64,000 bases of DNA from an uncultured Pelagibacteraceae bacterium (GCA_902529105.1 CABZUW010000003.1:31825-95824), one strand, 5' to 3'; positions 21,072 through 30,782 are shown, counted from the stretch's first letter. The notes: a model not told the origin generated them from the letters alone. Translations and numbers: made by a program.

Positions 21072-22337
21072 ATGAAAAAATATATTATCAAAGGCCCCAC
21101 TAATAGTATTAGTGGAACTGTCAATATTAATGGTGCTAAAAACTCTTGTTTACCGTTAATGGCAGCATCAATATTATTTAAAGATAAAGTAATTTTAAAA
21201 AATGTACCTTTAGTAAAAGACGTAATAACAATGAAAAATCTTCTAATTTCATTGGGTTCAAAAGTAGAAATTTTAAAAACAAATAAGATGATTATAAAAA
21301 ATAGTAAACCGCATAAACGGAGAGTCCCTTACAAATTAGTTTCTACTATGCGTGCTGGGGTTTTAACTATGGGCTCGCTACTAGGCAGATATCAAAAAAA
21401 AAAAATTTATGTTGCTAAAGGTGGTGGATGCAGTTTAGGAATTCGTGACATAAATTATCATTTGTCAGGATTTGAAAGTTTAGCTGCTGAACACCGATTA
21501 GAAAAAGGTTACGTTAGAATCCATTCAAAAAATGGACTTGTAGGAGGCAGTTATAAATTTCCAAAGGTTTCTGTTACAGGTACTTCAAATTTGATAATGG
21601 CTTCAGTTTTGTCGAAAGGAACGCATATTATTAGAAATATTTCCATCGAGCCAGAAGTTATTGACCTAATTACATTTTTAAATAATTCTGGATCCAAAAT
21701 AAAATTTATTGGAAAAAGAAGTATTAAAATTTTAGGCGTAACAGAATTAACAACAGGAGAACATACCATAATAGGTGATAGGATAGAGGCTTTTAGTTAT
21801 CTATGCGTTGGTGCAATTACTAAAGGAAATGTTTTAGTTAAAAATATAAATCCAAAATTTTTATCAACTGAAATAACAGTTTTAAAAAAAATGGGTTGTA
21901 TGTTCAAAATAGGAAAGGATTATGTTTTTATCAAATCAAAAAAAAAACATTTTCCAATAAAAGTAAAAACAGCTCCTTACCCAAATTTTGCAACTGACAA
22001 TATGCCCTCTCTACTTGCAGTTTTGACAAAAGTTCCTGGCAAAAGTCAAATTGAGGAAACAATATTTTCAAATCGTTTTATGGCTGTGCCTGAACTAGCT
22101 AGAATGGGAGCGAATATAAAAGTTAAAAACAACAAAGCAGTTATAATTGGAAGTAGAAATTTAATTGGCGCAGATTGCATTTCTTCTGATTTAAGAACAA
22201 CTTTTTCTATAATATTAGGCGCCATTGCTGCAAAGGGTTCTTCTAATATAAATAGAGTTTATCACGGCGAAAGAGGATTATTCAACTTAGTTGGAAAGCT
22301 AAAAAAGTTGGGGGTGAAAATAAAGTCCGACAATTAA
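21072..22337 (+). CDS. murA: UDP-N-acetylglucosamine 1-carboxyvinyltransferase
   Basis: GAKNS, MRAG, GGCSLG.R (active-site Cys), EPEV, DRIEA, DLR. Confidence 0.95.
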   Translation: MKKYIIKGPTNSISGTVNINGAKNSCLPLMAASILFKDKVILKNVPLVKDVITMKNLLISLGSKVEILKTNKMIIKNSKPHKRRVPYKLVSTMRAGVLTMGSLLGRYQKKKIYVAKGGGCSLGIRDINYHLSGFESLAAEHRLEKGYVRIHSKNGLVGGSYKFPKVSVTGTSNLIMASVLSKGTHIIRNISIEPEVIDLITFLNNSGSKIKFIGKRSIKILGVTELTTGEHTIIGDRIEAFSYLCVGAITKGNVLVKNINPKFLSTEITVLKKMGCMFKIGKDYVFIKSKKKHFPIKVKTAPYPNFATDNMPSLLAVLTKVPGKSQIEETIFSNRFMAVPELARMGANIKVKNNKAVIIGSRNLIGADCISSDLRTTFSIILGAIAAKGSSNINRVYHGERGLFNLVGKLKKLGVKIKSDN

Positions 22338-22736
22338 ATGATAAAAAAGTTTTATAAAAAAGTCATTGCTCAAAGACCAGAAGATTTAAGCATTATCTCG
22401 GCTCTATGCTCTCAAGCTAAAGTAAAACAATCAGATATAAAGTATTTAAAAAATAATAAAGTATTTATATTAACTATAGAAAGAACAAATAAAGAAAATA
22501 ATGTCAAAAATGAAAAAATAGGTAGTGTAATTAAGTTTGATTTTATTGATAATTGTAAATCTAAAAATATCAATCAAAGTGATTCTGAAAATATTCTAGA
22601 GTTATTTTCAATAAATATTTTTAAGAAAAATGATAATTTCGAAATTCTACTATTATTTTTAAATAACGGAGTTATAACTTTATCAACAGAAGTTGTAGAA
22701 GTTACAATGGAAGATATAAAAAAAATAGATGATTAA
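22338..22736 (+). CDS. DUF2948-like protein
   Basis: EDLSIISALCSQA N-terminus; lies between murA and hisD. Confidence 0.75.
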   Translation: MIKKFYKKVIAQRPEDLSIISALCSQAKVKQSDIKYLKNNKVFILTIERTNKENNVKNEKIGSVIKFDFIDNCKSKNINQSDSENILELFSINIFKKNDNFEILLLFLNNGVITLSTEVVEVTMEDIKKIDD

Positions 22737-23985
22737 ATTTTTTAATTTTAAAAAAACTAATAATTTTAAAGCATTAGAAAAATTTCTTGAAAAAAGAAGA
22801 ACAGGTAAAAATGTTGATACATCTATTGTAACGAAAATATTAAATGATGTTAAAAAAAATAAAAACAGAGCTGTCTTAAAATACGAAAAAAAATTTAGTA
22901 ATAATAAAATACTTAAGCCATCAAAAGCCGAAATTACAAAATCAATTAAATCTTTGGATCCTAAAGTAAAAAGAGCTATAGATATAGCTTTTGATAGAAT
23001 TTATAAATTCCATAAATTGCAAAAAAACAAAAATATTAAATACATTGACAGATATAAAAATAAAATTGAGCATGTATATGTACCTCTAAATTCTATAGGT
23101 ATTTATGTGCCTGCAAATTTGCCATCTACTTTAATGATGAATGCAATCCCGGCAAAAATTTCTCAAGTAAAAAATATTGTTTTGGCAAATCCAAGATTTA
23201 ATGGAAAGCTAAATGCAGCGGTAATGTATGTAGCAAAAAAATGTAAAATAAATCATATAATCAGTGTAGGTGGCGCACAAGCTATTGGAAGTTTAGCTTA
23301 TATACAAAAAGTTGATAAAATTTTTGGTCCAGGTAGTGACTACGTGGCAAGAGCCAAACGTGAAGTATTTGGTGATGTCGGTATAGAGGGTATGATTGCT
23401 GGTCCATCTGAGATTACAGTGGTAGCTGATAATATATCTGACACAAATAAAGTAATTACCTCTTTGGCAGCTCAGTCAGAACACGGAATTAACTCACAAA
23501 GCATATTAATTTCGAAAAATATTAAACTTATTAATTCAGTTAAAAAAAAAATTAAGATTTTGGTAAACAATGTTCCAAGAAGCAAAATAGTGAAAAGGTC
23601 TTTAAAAAAAAATGGTTTGTTAATTTTGGTTAAAGATAAGCAGCAAATTACTAAAATTATAAATATGATAAGTCCAGAACATTTAGAGTTACTTTCAAAA
23701 GATTATAGAAATTTGTTAGACAAGATATATAATGTTGGATCTATTGGACTGGGCCAATATAGTCCCGTTGCAGCAAGTGATTATAATGTTGGTACAAACC
23801 ACACTTTAGGTACTTTAGGATCTGCTAAATTTGCATCTGGTTTGAATTTGAGTGATTTCTATAAAAAAATTAGTCGATTTACCCTTAGCAAAAAAGGTAT
23901 TGAAGTTATTGGCAAGCAAGCTATAACTCTTGCCGAATATGAAAACTTACACGTTCATGCACTTAGTATTAAGTCAAGATTTTAA
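22729..23985 (+). CDS. hisD: Histidinol dehydrogenase
   Basis: GGAQAI, IAGPSEI, AQSEH, PEHLEL, GTNHTL. Confidence 0.94.
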   Translation: MIKFFNFKKTNNFKALEKFLEKRRTGKNVDTSIVTKILNDVKKNKNRAVLKYEKKFSNNKILKPSKAEITKSIKSLDPKVKRAIDIAFDRIYKFHKLQKNKNIKYIDRYKNKIEHVYVPLNSIGIYVPANLPSTLMMNAIPAKISQVKNIVLANPRFNGKLNAAVMYVAKKCKINHIISVGGAQAIGSLAYIQKVDKIFGPGSDYVARAKREVFGDVGIEGMIAGPSEITVVADNISDTNKVITSLAAQSEHGINSQSILISKNIKLINSVKKKIKILVNNVPRSKIVKRSLKKNGLLILVKDKQQITKIINMISPEHLELLSKDYRNLLDKIYNVGSIGLGQYSPVAASDYNVGTNHTLGTLGSAKFASGLNLSDFYKKISRFTLSKKGIEVIGKQAITLAEYENLHVHALSIKSRF

Positions 23986-24000
23986 ATCATTGATATTTTA

Positions 24001-24219
24001 ATGGCTAAAGAAAATACATTAGAGTTTTCTGGTGAAGTTGTAGAATTATTAAAAAATGCAATGTTTAAGGTACGCCTTTCTAATGGGCATACAATTTTGT
24101 GCCATAGTGCGGGGCGCATTCGTAAGAACAGGATTCGTATATTACAGGGTGACTCAGTGAAAGTTTCTGTTAGTCCCTATGATTTACAAAGAGGAATTAT
24201 CATATATAGAGGACAATGA
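24001..24219 (+). CDS. infA: Translation initiation factor IF-1
   Basis: [21 protein letters not shown]. Confidence 0.96.
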   Translation: MAKENTLEFSGEVVELLKNAMFKVRLSNGHTILCHSAGRIRKNRIRILQGDSVKVSVSPYDLQRGIIIYRGQ

Positions 24220-24234
24220 TAATTCATATTTATT

Positions 24235-24307
24235 GCCTTGGTAGCTCAGGTGGTAGAGCAGAGCCCTGAAAAGGCTTGTGTCGGTGGTTCGAGTCCGCCC
24301 CAAGGCA
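24235..24307 (+). tRNA. tRNA-Phe(GAA), CCA not encoded
   Basis: GCCTTGG/CCAAGGC acceptor, GAGCC-CT GAA AA-GGCTT, TTCGAGT loop. Confidence 0.96.
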
Positions 24308-24421
24308 CCTTATATAAATAAACGTGTTACATCTTAAAGCTTGCATTAAAATTAGAAATCTAATAACAATTTGCAAATTAAACTTATGTTTAATCAACAA
24401 ATAAGAAAGAGTAAATAAGTT

Positions 24422-24634
24422 ATGAGTACATTAAAAGGTAAAGTTAAGTGGTTCAACGGAAAAAAAGGCTACGGATTCATAGAGCGTGAGGATGGTGAGA
24501 AGGATTGCTTCGTTCACGCGAGTCAAGTTCGTGAAGCTGGTCTAAAATTTTTGAATGAAGGCGATGCATTAGAATTTGAAATAGAATCTGGTGAAAAGGG
24601 CCCGTCGGCGATAAACCTAAAAAAGGTTTCTTAA
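24422..24634 (+). CDS. Cold-shock domain protein
   Basis: GKVKWFN..KGYGFI (RNP1), DCFVH (RNP2), KGPSA. Confidence 0.95.
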   Translation: MSTLKGKVKWFNGKKGYGFIEREDGEKDCFVHASQVREAGLKFLNEGDALEFEIESGEKGPSAINLKKVS

Positions 24635-24651
24635 AAAAATTTTTCGAAAAT

Positions 24652-24696
24652 TGTATAGGGGTAATATAGTTTTATTACTATATTTATTCCTATACA
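24652..24696 (+). terminator. Long imperfect hairpin after the csp gene (terminator or stability element)
   Basis: TGTATAGGGGTAATATAGT-tttatt-ACTATATTTATTCCTATACA; no clear U-tract. Confidence 0.5.
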
Positions 24697-24738
24697 TGAA
24701 CTATTGCATTTATTAAAAAAAATGCTAATTAATTGTTC

Positions 24739-24810
24739 ATGATTAAAAATATTAATAATTCTTATTCAATTTACAGACATTTCCATCATGGCTGCATAGC
24801 CATTATTTAA
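24739..24810 (+). CDS. Putative histidine leader peptide (23 aa)
   Basis: MIKNINNSYSIYRHFHHGCIAII; three His codons within four codons, upstream of tRNA-His/hisS/hisZ/hisG. Confidence 0.55.
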   Translation: MIKNINNSYSIYRHFHHGCIAII

Positions 24811-24858
24811 TCATTTTAAAATTTAAATTTAATAACAATTAGTATAAAACAAAGAAAG

Positions 24859-24933
24859 GCACGGGTAGCTCAATTTGGTTAGAGCAGTGGCTTGTGGAGC
24901 CAAAGGTTGAGAGTTCAAGTCTCTCCCCGTGTA
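24859..24933 (+). tRNA. tRNA-His(GTG), A73 discriminator, CCA not encoded
   Basis: GCACGGG/CCCGTGT acceptor, TGGC-TT GTG GA-GCCA, GAGAG-TTCAAGT-CTCTC. Confidence 0.94.
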
Positions 24934-24941
24934 CGCCCAAA

Positions 24942-26333
24942 ATGAAAGAAAAAAAAAAATTAATAGCAAGTTTACCCAATGGTTTTCAGGATAGCTGGGA
25001 AAGTTCTCTTTTTTTAAAAAAAAAATTAATTAAAATAATTGAACAAAACTTTATTAAATTCGGTTTTAGTCCTCTTGAAACGAGTCCAATGGAATTTAGT
25101 TCTATGATAGGAAATTCATTAGCTGAGGATGAGCAGAATTTAATGTCAGATATTTATACATTTAGTGAAGATGGTGCTGATATTTCTCTTATTTATGATC
25201 TTTCTATGCCACTCGCCCGATTTTATAGTCAAAATTACTTGAATTTACCAAATCCGTATAAAAGATTCCAGATTGGAAGAGTATTTAGACGCGAGAAGCC
25301 CGGAAATGGCAGGTATAAATCTTTTGAGCAATGTGATTGTGATATAATCGGTAAATTTGATGTTAAACAAGCAAACGCTGAATTAATAAATATTGTCGCG
25401 AGTACTTTGATAGATTGTGGATTAGATTCATCTGACTTTGTAATAGGCGTAAGTAATCGAAAGATAATGCAGGGATTATTGAGTCAGCTCAACATAGTTG
25501 ATGAAATTCAAAAAAAGAGAGTTTTAAGGGCAATAGATAAATTAGATAAACCTGGTTTTGGTCTTCAGGGGGTTGAGGAATTGTTAAAGAAAGAAAGAAA
25601 AGATGAAAGTGGCGCAATAACTAAAGGAGCTAATTTAAATGATTTCCAAGCAAATGAGATTATAGAATTCCTTCAAATGAAAGATTTTAATGAAATTTCA
25701 AAAAAAATTAATAATCCATTAACTAAAGAAGGAATAAGTGAGATGGAGGACTTATTTAATATTTTAAGTTATGGAAATTATAAAAGCCTGGTAAAATTTG
25801 ATCCTTCAAAAATTCGTGGACTAGATATCTATACAGGATTCACTTTAGAAACTAACTTAAACTTTAAAGTTAAGAATGCTAAAGGCAAGGTTGTTGAGCC
25901 AGGATCAATTTGTAGTGGAGGTGAATACTTAGTGACAAAATTTAAAGGTGATCCATTCTTAGGTTCTGGAATTTCAATAGGAATTACACGTTTAGTTTGG
26001 TGTTTGTCTCAAAAAATAAAAAATGAAATAGATGAAAATAAACCCGTTCTTGTTTGTGTAATGGATGAAAAATTTTTAGATAAATATTATGCATTGTTGA
26101 ATAAATTGAGAAACAACGGGATTAATTCTGAAATTTTTTTAGAAAGTAACAAAAAGCTCTCGAAACAATTAGAATACGCAAACCGCAAAGATTTAAAATT
26201 AGCGGTTATTTGTGGAGAGAACGAGTTCAAAGACAATACCATTACTATTAAAAATCTTAAAGGTCTGAAGGGCAGCAATCAATCTACAGTTTTAAAAGAT
26301 GATTTAATTGATGAAATCAAAAAACTTATATAA
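24942..26333 (+). CDS. hisS: Histidine--tRNA ligase (start moved to ATG 24942, after the tRNA)
   Basis: YDLSMPLAR, VFRREKPGNGRYKSFEQCDCD, RGLDIYTG, C-terminal anticodon-binding domain. Confidence 0.93.
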   Translation: MKEKKKLIASLPNGFQDSWESSLFLKKKLIKIIEQNFIKFGFSPLETSPMEFSSMIGNSLAEDEQNLMSDIYTFSEDGADISLIYDLSMPLARFYSQNYLNLPNPYKRFQIGRVFRREKPGNGRYKSFEQCDCDIIGKFDVKQANAELINIVASTLIDCGLDSSDFVIGVSNRKIMQGLLSQLNIVDEIQKKRVLRAIDKLDKPGFGLQGVEELLKKERKDESGAITKGANLNDFQANEIIEFLQMKDFNEISKKINNPLTKEGISEMEDLFNILSYGNYKSLVKFDPSKIRGLDIYTGFTLETNLNFKVKNAKGKVVEPGSICSGGEYLVTKFKGDPFLGSGISIGITRLVWCLSQKIKNEIDENKPVLVCVMDEKFLDKYYALLNKLRNNGINSEIFLESNKKLSKQLEYANRKDLKLAVICGENEFKDNTITIKNLKGLKGSNQSTVLKDDLIDEIKKLI

Positions 26334-27327
26334 TCAGATAACAAACTTTATCAAATCAAAAAATTATAAAGAACTATCATTAAATCCTGTGATAGATTTA
26401 AAATATATACGTAACGAAAAACTAAAAAAATATCTTTTTACATTTAAGGATAATAAAACTAATAAAACTTTCGCATTAAGACCAGATTTAAGTTTAATGA
26501 GCCTAATAGAGTTTTCAAAATCTAAAATTTCAAAAAAAACAAAAATTTATTATTCCGGGGATTCCTTTAGAAAAAATCAAAAAATGAATACCCAAATAGG
26601 TTTTGAAATTTATAATTACAATAAACAAAAAGATGAAAAAGAAATTATTTTAAATTCTGCAAAAATTTATCATAAAGTTATAGGGGTAAATGGAAATTTA
26701 AAAATTGGAAATGCTCAATTATTTCAAGCTGTTTTGAAACAACTTAAGTTAGCTAAAAGGTGGCAAGATAGATTAATCTCATTGAGACAGAACAAAAAAT
26801 ATTTTAATGAAATATTAAAAAGGCTTGAAACTAATAAGGATATAGATGAAAACGAATTTGAATTAGACAAAAAAATGTACATCAATCTTAAAAAAATTAA
26901 TCAAAATGAAATTATTGCAAATAGAACTGTAAGAGACATATTAAAACGCTTTGAACAAAAAATATATATTCAGCCAAGACCAGAAAACGGAAAAAAATGT
27001 GTAAAAGTTATCAGAGAATTTTTGAAAATTAAATGTCCTATAAAAAAAGCTCCTGCTGTATTATCGAAATTTTTTACAAAGAATAATTTAAATATAAAAA
27101 TTTCACAGGATTATTTTCCAATTAAAATTAACAAAATAGGGAAATTAAAAATTTATTTTAATAGTTCTGAGTTGCCTGAGGTTGATATTTATAGTGGATT
27201 TGTTTTTTCAATAAGACCTAGATCAAAAAAAATAAAAAGATCTATCGTAGGGGGTTCTTACAATTCTTTGAGTAGTTCTTTGGGTTTAAGAAAAATAAAT
27301 GCATGTGGTGCAGCAATTAATTTATGA
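26311..27327 (+). CDS. hisZ: ATP phosphoribosyltransferase regulatory subunit
   Basis: ALRPDL, QIGFE, YSGFVF, GGSY..L, GAAINL; lies between hisS and a short hisG. Confidence 0.85.
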   Translation: MKSKNLYNQITNFIKSKNYKELSLNPVIDLKYIRNEKLKKYLFTFKDNKTNKTFALRPDLSLMSLIEFSKSKISKKTKIYYSGDSFRKNQKMNTQIGFEIYNYNKQKDEKEIILNSAKIYHKVIGVNGNLKIGNAQLFQAVLKQLKLAKRWQDRLISLRQNKKYFNEILKRLETNKDIDENEFELDKKMYINLKKINQNEIIANRTVRDILKRFEQKIYIQPRPENGKKCVKVIREFLKIKCPIKKAPAVLSKFFTKNNLNIKISQDYFPIKINKIGKLKIYFNSSELPEVDIYSGFVFSIRPRSKKIKRSIVGGSYNSLSSSLGLRKINACGAAINL

Positions 27328-28010
27328 AAAAACAGATAGTAATTAGTTTAGTTAGCAAAGGCAGGCTCAGATCTGATACCCTGAAATTATTTAAAAAGAA
27401 AAAATTAAATATTAAGTCAAAAGGGGAAAGAGATCTTATAGGATATATAAAGTATAAAAATACTCTAATTAAGTGTTTATTTCTTCACGCTCGAGAGTGC
27501 ATAGACTCCTTAGCAAATGGAACTGCTGATATAGCTATATCTGGAAAAGATTTATTATTCAATTCAGAGCGAGAGATTCAAAAAAAAATTAAAGTTTATA
27601 AAGATTTAAATTTTGGACATGCATCATTATCAGTTTTTTGTATGAATACTTGGATTGACTGTCAAACAATGCTAGATGTTTCAGAGATAGCCTCAGACAT
27701 GTTAAAAAAAAATAGACAACCAATGAAATGCTCTACTAAATACAGAAAGCTGGTAGAGAATTTTTTAGAGGAAAAAAATGTCAAAAATGTAGAGGTGATA
27801 GACTCGAAGGGCGCAACCGAGGTAATGGCAAGAATTAATCAATGTAGTCTTGTAGCCGACATATCTAGCACTGGTAAAACAGCTAAAGATAATGGATTAA
27901 AAAAAATTAAGGATGGTCTCATATTAAACTCAACTGCAGCTTTGCTTGTGTCGAAAAAATCAGCAAAAAATAGTTATGTATCGAGTTTTTTACGTTTACT
28001 TTCTAAGTAA
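27324..28010 (+). CDS. hisG: ATP phosphoribosyltransferase (short form)
   Basis: SKGRL, DIAISGKD, TKY, GATE, ADISSTG.T...NGL. Confidence 0.93.
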   Translation: MKKQIVISLVSKGRLRSDTLKLFKKKKLNIKSKGERDLIGYIKYKNTLIKCLFLHARECIDSLANGTADIAISGKDLLFNSEREIQKKIKVYKDLNFGHASLSVFCMNTWIDCQTMLDVSEIASDMLKKNRQPMKCSTKYRKLVENFLEEKNVKNVEVIDSKGATEVMARINQCSLVADISSTGKTAKDNGLKKIKDGLILNSTAALLVSKKSAKNSYVSSFLRLLSK

Positions 28011-28160
28011 ATCTTTCCAATATTTTAGTATGATTTTAATCACATCGATATTTTTGAATATTACGTAAGCCAGTATGACAATACTTATAAATGATATGAA
28101 TTTTAAAAATAAAAATATATCCATAACGATTATTTTATTTAGTATATATATAATTTAAAA

Positions 28161-28850
28161 ATGAAGTGGAACACAAAATTTAATTATCCAAAATCTTCAA
28201 GGTCAAATGAAGATGGAATGAGAAAGTATTTATCAGGTGATGAAAAGTACCCAAGTGTCACAAGTATATTAAGTTTAACAAAATCAGAAGAAGACAAAGC
28301 ATCTTTGGAGTTATGGAAACAAAGAGTAGGGTATAAAGAGGCAAATAGGATTAAAAATGATGCATCTAGAAGAGGAACATCTCTTCATTCTTATATTGAG
28401 GATTATTTGAGAGGTAGGGTAAATGAAAGTTTTTTCGAAAGTAATGAGCAGCACAAAAATATGGCTAAGGTCATCATTGAAAATGGCATCAAAGGAAAGC
28501 TAGAAGAAATTTATGGGATGGAGGCAACTCTCATTAATACAAAGGATAAATATGCCGGCACAGCAGACTTAATAGGAATTTATAGAGGAAATTTGACCAT
28601 TCTTGACTTTAAACAAGCGAATAGACCAAAGAAAGCTGATTATATCCAAGATTATTTTTTACAACTTGGAGCTTATACATTAGCCCATAATATTGTTTAC
28701 AAAACAAATATTTCATCAGGAGTTATTCTGTTATGCACAGTCGATAACTTGTTTCAGGATTTCATAATTGAAGGCCCTGAATTACTAATGTATCAAAATT
28801 TATTTCTAGGCAGATTAAAAATGTTTAATGACCTTAAAAATTCAGCTTGA
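28161..28850 (+). CDS. Stand-alone PD-(D/E)XK RecB-family exonuclease (phage/MGME1-like)
   Basis: YPSVTSIL, RGTSLH..IE, AGTADL, ILDFK, QLGAY motifs. Confidence 0.8.
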   Translation: MKWNTKFNYPKSSRSNEDGMRKYLSGDEKYPSVTSILSLTKSEEDKASLELWKQRVGYKEANRIKNDASRRGTSLHSYIEDYLRGRVNESFFESNEQHKNMAKVIIENGIKGKLEEIYGMEATLINTKDKYAGTADLIGIYRGNLTILDFKQANRPKKADYIQDYFLQLGAYTLAHNIVYKTNISSGVILLCTVDNLFQDFIIEGPELLMYQNLFLGRLKMFNDLKNSA

Positions 28851-28970
28851 CATTAAAATTTAGTTAACTAAAAGAGTTATATTAACTCAATGCTAATTGT
28901 TTATATGCGAATAGTTAAGTTCTTTAAAAACTTCAAATATTCACCAAAACAAAGCTAAAAAAAGGTAAAC

Positions 28971-30401
28971 ATGAATCTAGGTATCTGGGATGTGGAATCT
29001 TCCTCAGCCTCAACTGACTTCGGAAGCATAATTGAGATAGGAGGAATATTAGTTGATGAAAACTTCAAAGAGAAAGACAGATTTAATCTAAGATGCAGAT
29101 TACCTGAGGGCGAAATACCCCAAGCAATGAGTTTGATAGTCAATAAAACAAGTATTAAGCAGCTTACACAAGGAAATTTAAGTCACTATCAAATGTTGGG
29201 AGAAATAGAAAAAATTTTTAAACGTTGGACTCCTTGCTGTTTTCTTGGCTGGAGCAATATAGGCTTCGATGACGAAATGTTGAGAAAAGAATTTTTTAAG
29301 GGAATACGATATCCATATATTACCAATGCCTCACCTAATAAGCGTCATGATGGTATTAACATTGCGAGAGCAGCTTATGCCATAGATCAAAATGTACTTG
29401 AGACAGAAATAAATGAAAAAAATAACCCAGTATTTAAGTTAGCGTCTTTAAGCAAAATGAATGGGTTCGACTCAACTGGAGCTCACTCTGCGTTATTTGA
29501 TGCAAGCTTAACTGTAAAAGTTCTTGGTTTGATAAAAAGAAAACAACCTGATACATGGAATGAGTTTCTGAGAACTTCAAACAAAATTGAGACTGAAACA
29601 ATTATAAAAAAAGAGAATATCATTACCCTTAATGAATATTTTTATGGGCGTAGCAGATTATTTCTTGTGAGCCCACTTCATCCAAAATACTGCACACATC
29701 CAATTTATCAATGGGGCCAAGCGGTCGACTTAAAAGTTGATATAGAGCCTTTGTTAAAAATGTCAGTAAACGAACTAAAAGTAGAAATGAAGAAAACTCC
29801 TAAATTCTTAAGAACTATAAGATCAAATAAAGCTCCAATAATTCTTGATAAAAAATATGGCATGCAAGCAGAACCTTATAATGCAATGGATTTAGAACTA
29901 ATTAACAAAAGATCTAAAATGGTTAAGGAAAATGAAGCTTTTTCTCAAAAAATATTAACAGCTTTAAGAGAAATTGCAGAAGATAAAGAACAATCAAAAA
30001 ATCAAGAGGATATATATGCTGAGGAAAGTATTTATACAAAATTCACATCAAATAAAGATACAGCTCTATTTCCTGCCTGGCATGCAGCTGATTGGAAGGA
30101 CAAATTAAACCTTTTGTCAAAATTTGAGGATGAAAGGTTACATGGTTTTGGTAAGAAAATTATTTTTCAAGAAGCACCGGAAGTTTTGCCGCAAGATATA
30201 AGAAAAAAAATAGAACAAGTCATTGCAAAAAGAATATTAAGCACCTCTAAAGAAAAATGGTGGACAGTTGCTGCTTGTTTTACTGAAATTGATACTCTCA
30301 GAGACAAATATTCAGATCAAAATGATGAGGAAAAACTAAAATTTTTAGATGAATTAAATGATCATGTTATGTCAATACAGAAAAAATACGAAAATGTGTA
30401 A
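28971..30401 (+). CDS. sbcB: Exodeoxyribonuclease I
   Basis: DEDDh motifs WDVESS, GFDDEMLR, AHSALFD; FKL..L; 476-aa size. Confidence 0.85.
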   Translation: MNLGIWDVESSSASTDFGSIIEIGGILVDENFKEKDRFNLRCRLPEGEIPQAMSLIVNKTSIKQLTQGNLSHYQMLGEIEKIFKRWTPCCFLGWSNIGFDDEMLRKEFFKGIRYPYITNASPNKRHDGINIARAAYAIDQNVLETEINEKNNPVFKLASLSKMNGFDSTGAHSALFDASLTVKVLGLIKRKQPDTWNEFLRTSNKIETETIIKKENIITLNEYFYGRSRLFLVSPLHPKYCTHPIYQWGQAVDLKVDIEPLLKMSVNELKVEMKKTPKFLRTIRSNKAPIILDKKYGMQAEPYNAMDLELINKRSKMVKENEAFSQKILTALREIAEDKEQSKNQEDIYAEESIYTKFTSNKDTALFPAWHAADWKDKLNLLSKFEDERLHGFGKKIIFQEAPEVLPQDIRKKIEQVIAKRILSTSKEKWWTVAACFTEIDTLRDKYSDQNDEEKLKFLDELNDHVMSIQKKYENV

Positions 30402-30467
30402 TGTGGATAATATTAAAAAACCTAAATTAAATATTGATTATAAATTAAATTTTTATATATAAGAATT

Positions 30468-30782
30468 ATGCCTACAGTTAAATCCACAGATGAAACTTTT
30501 GAAAAAATGATAAAAGATAATAAAATTGTGGTAACAGATTTTTGGGCATCTTGGTGCAATCCTTGTCTTATGATCGCTCCTCATCTTGAAGCAATTTCAG
30601 ACGAAATGAAAGATATTGTTGTAGCTAAACATAATATCGACGAAAATCCAAATACACCAACAAAATTTGGAGTTCGTGGAATTCCCACAATGTTACTATT
30701 TAAAGATGGAGAACTAGCAAGTACAAAAGTTGGAGCTACTACAAAATCTAATATTCAAGATTGGATTAAAGAAAATCTTTAA
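30468..30782 (+). CDS. trxA: Thioredoxin
   Basis: DFWASWCNPC, VRGIPT. Confidence 0.95.
   Translation: MPTVKSTDETFEKMIKDNKIVVTDFWASWCNPCLMIAPHLEAISDEMKDIVVAKHNIDENPNTPTKFGVRGIPTMLLFKDGELASTKVGATTKSNIQDWIKENL

Noticed and set aside
24894-24941. N-terminal extension of HisS in the ORF track
   Set aside because: It overlaps the tRNA-His gene; ATG 24942 is the plausible start.
20034-28850. Prophage or genomic island integrated at one of the tRNAs
   Set aside because: No integrase, no duplicated tRNA 3' end seen, and flanking genes are core.
28853-28868. CtrA box TTAA-N7-TTAAC upstream of sbcB
   Set aside because: Expected by chance at this AT content, and CtrA is reported absent from Pelagibacter; cannot be supported here.
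30549-30570. Thioredoxin WCNPC instead of WCGPC
   Set aside because: Single variation within the CxxC range; no other unusual feature.
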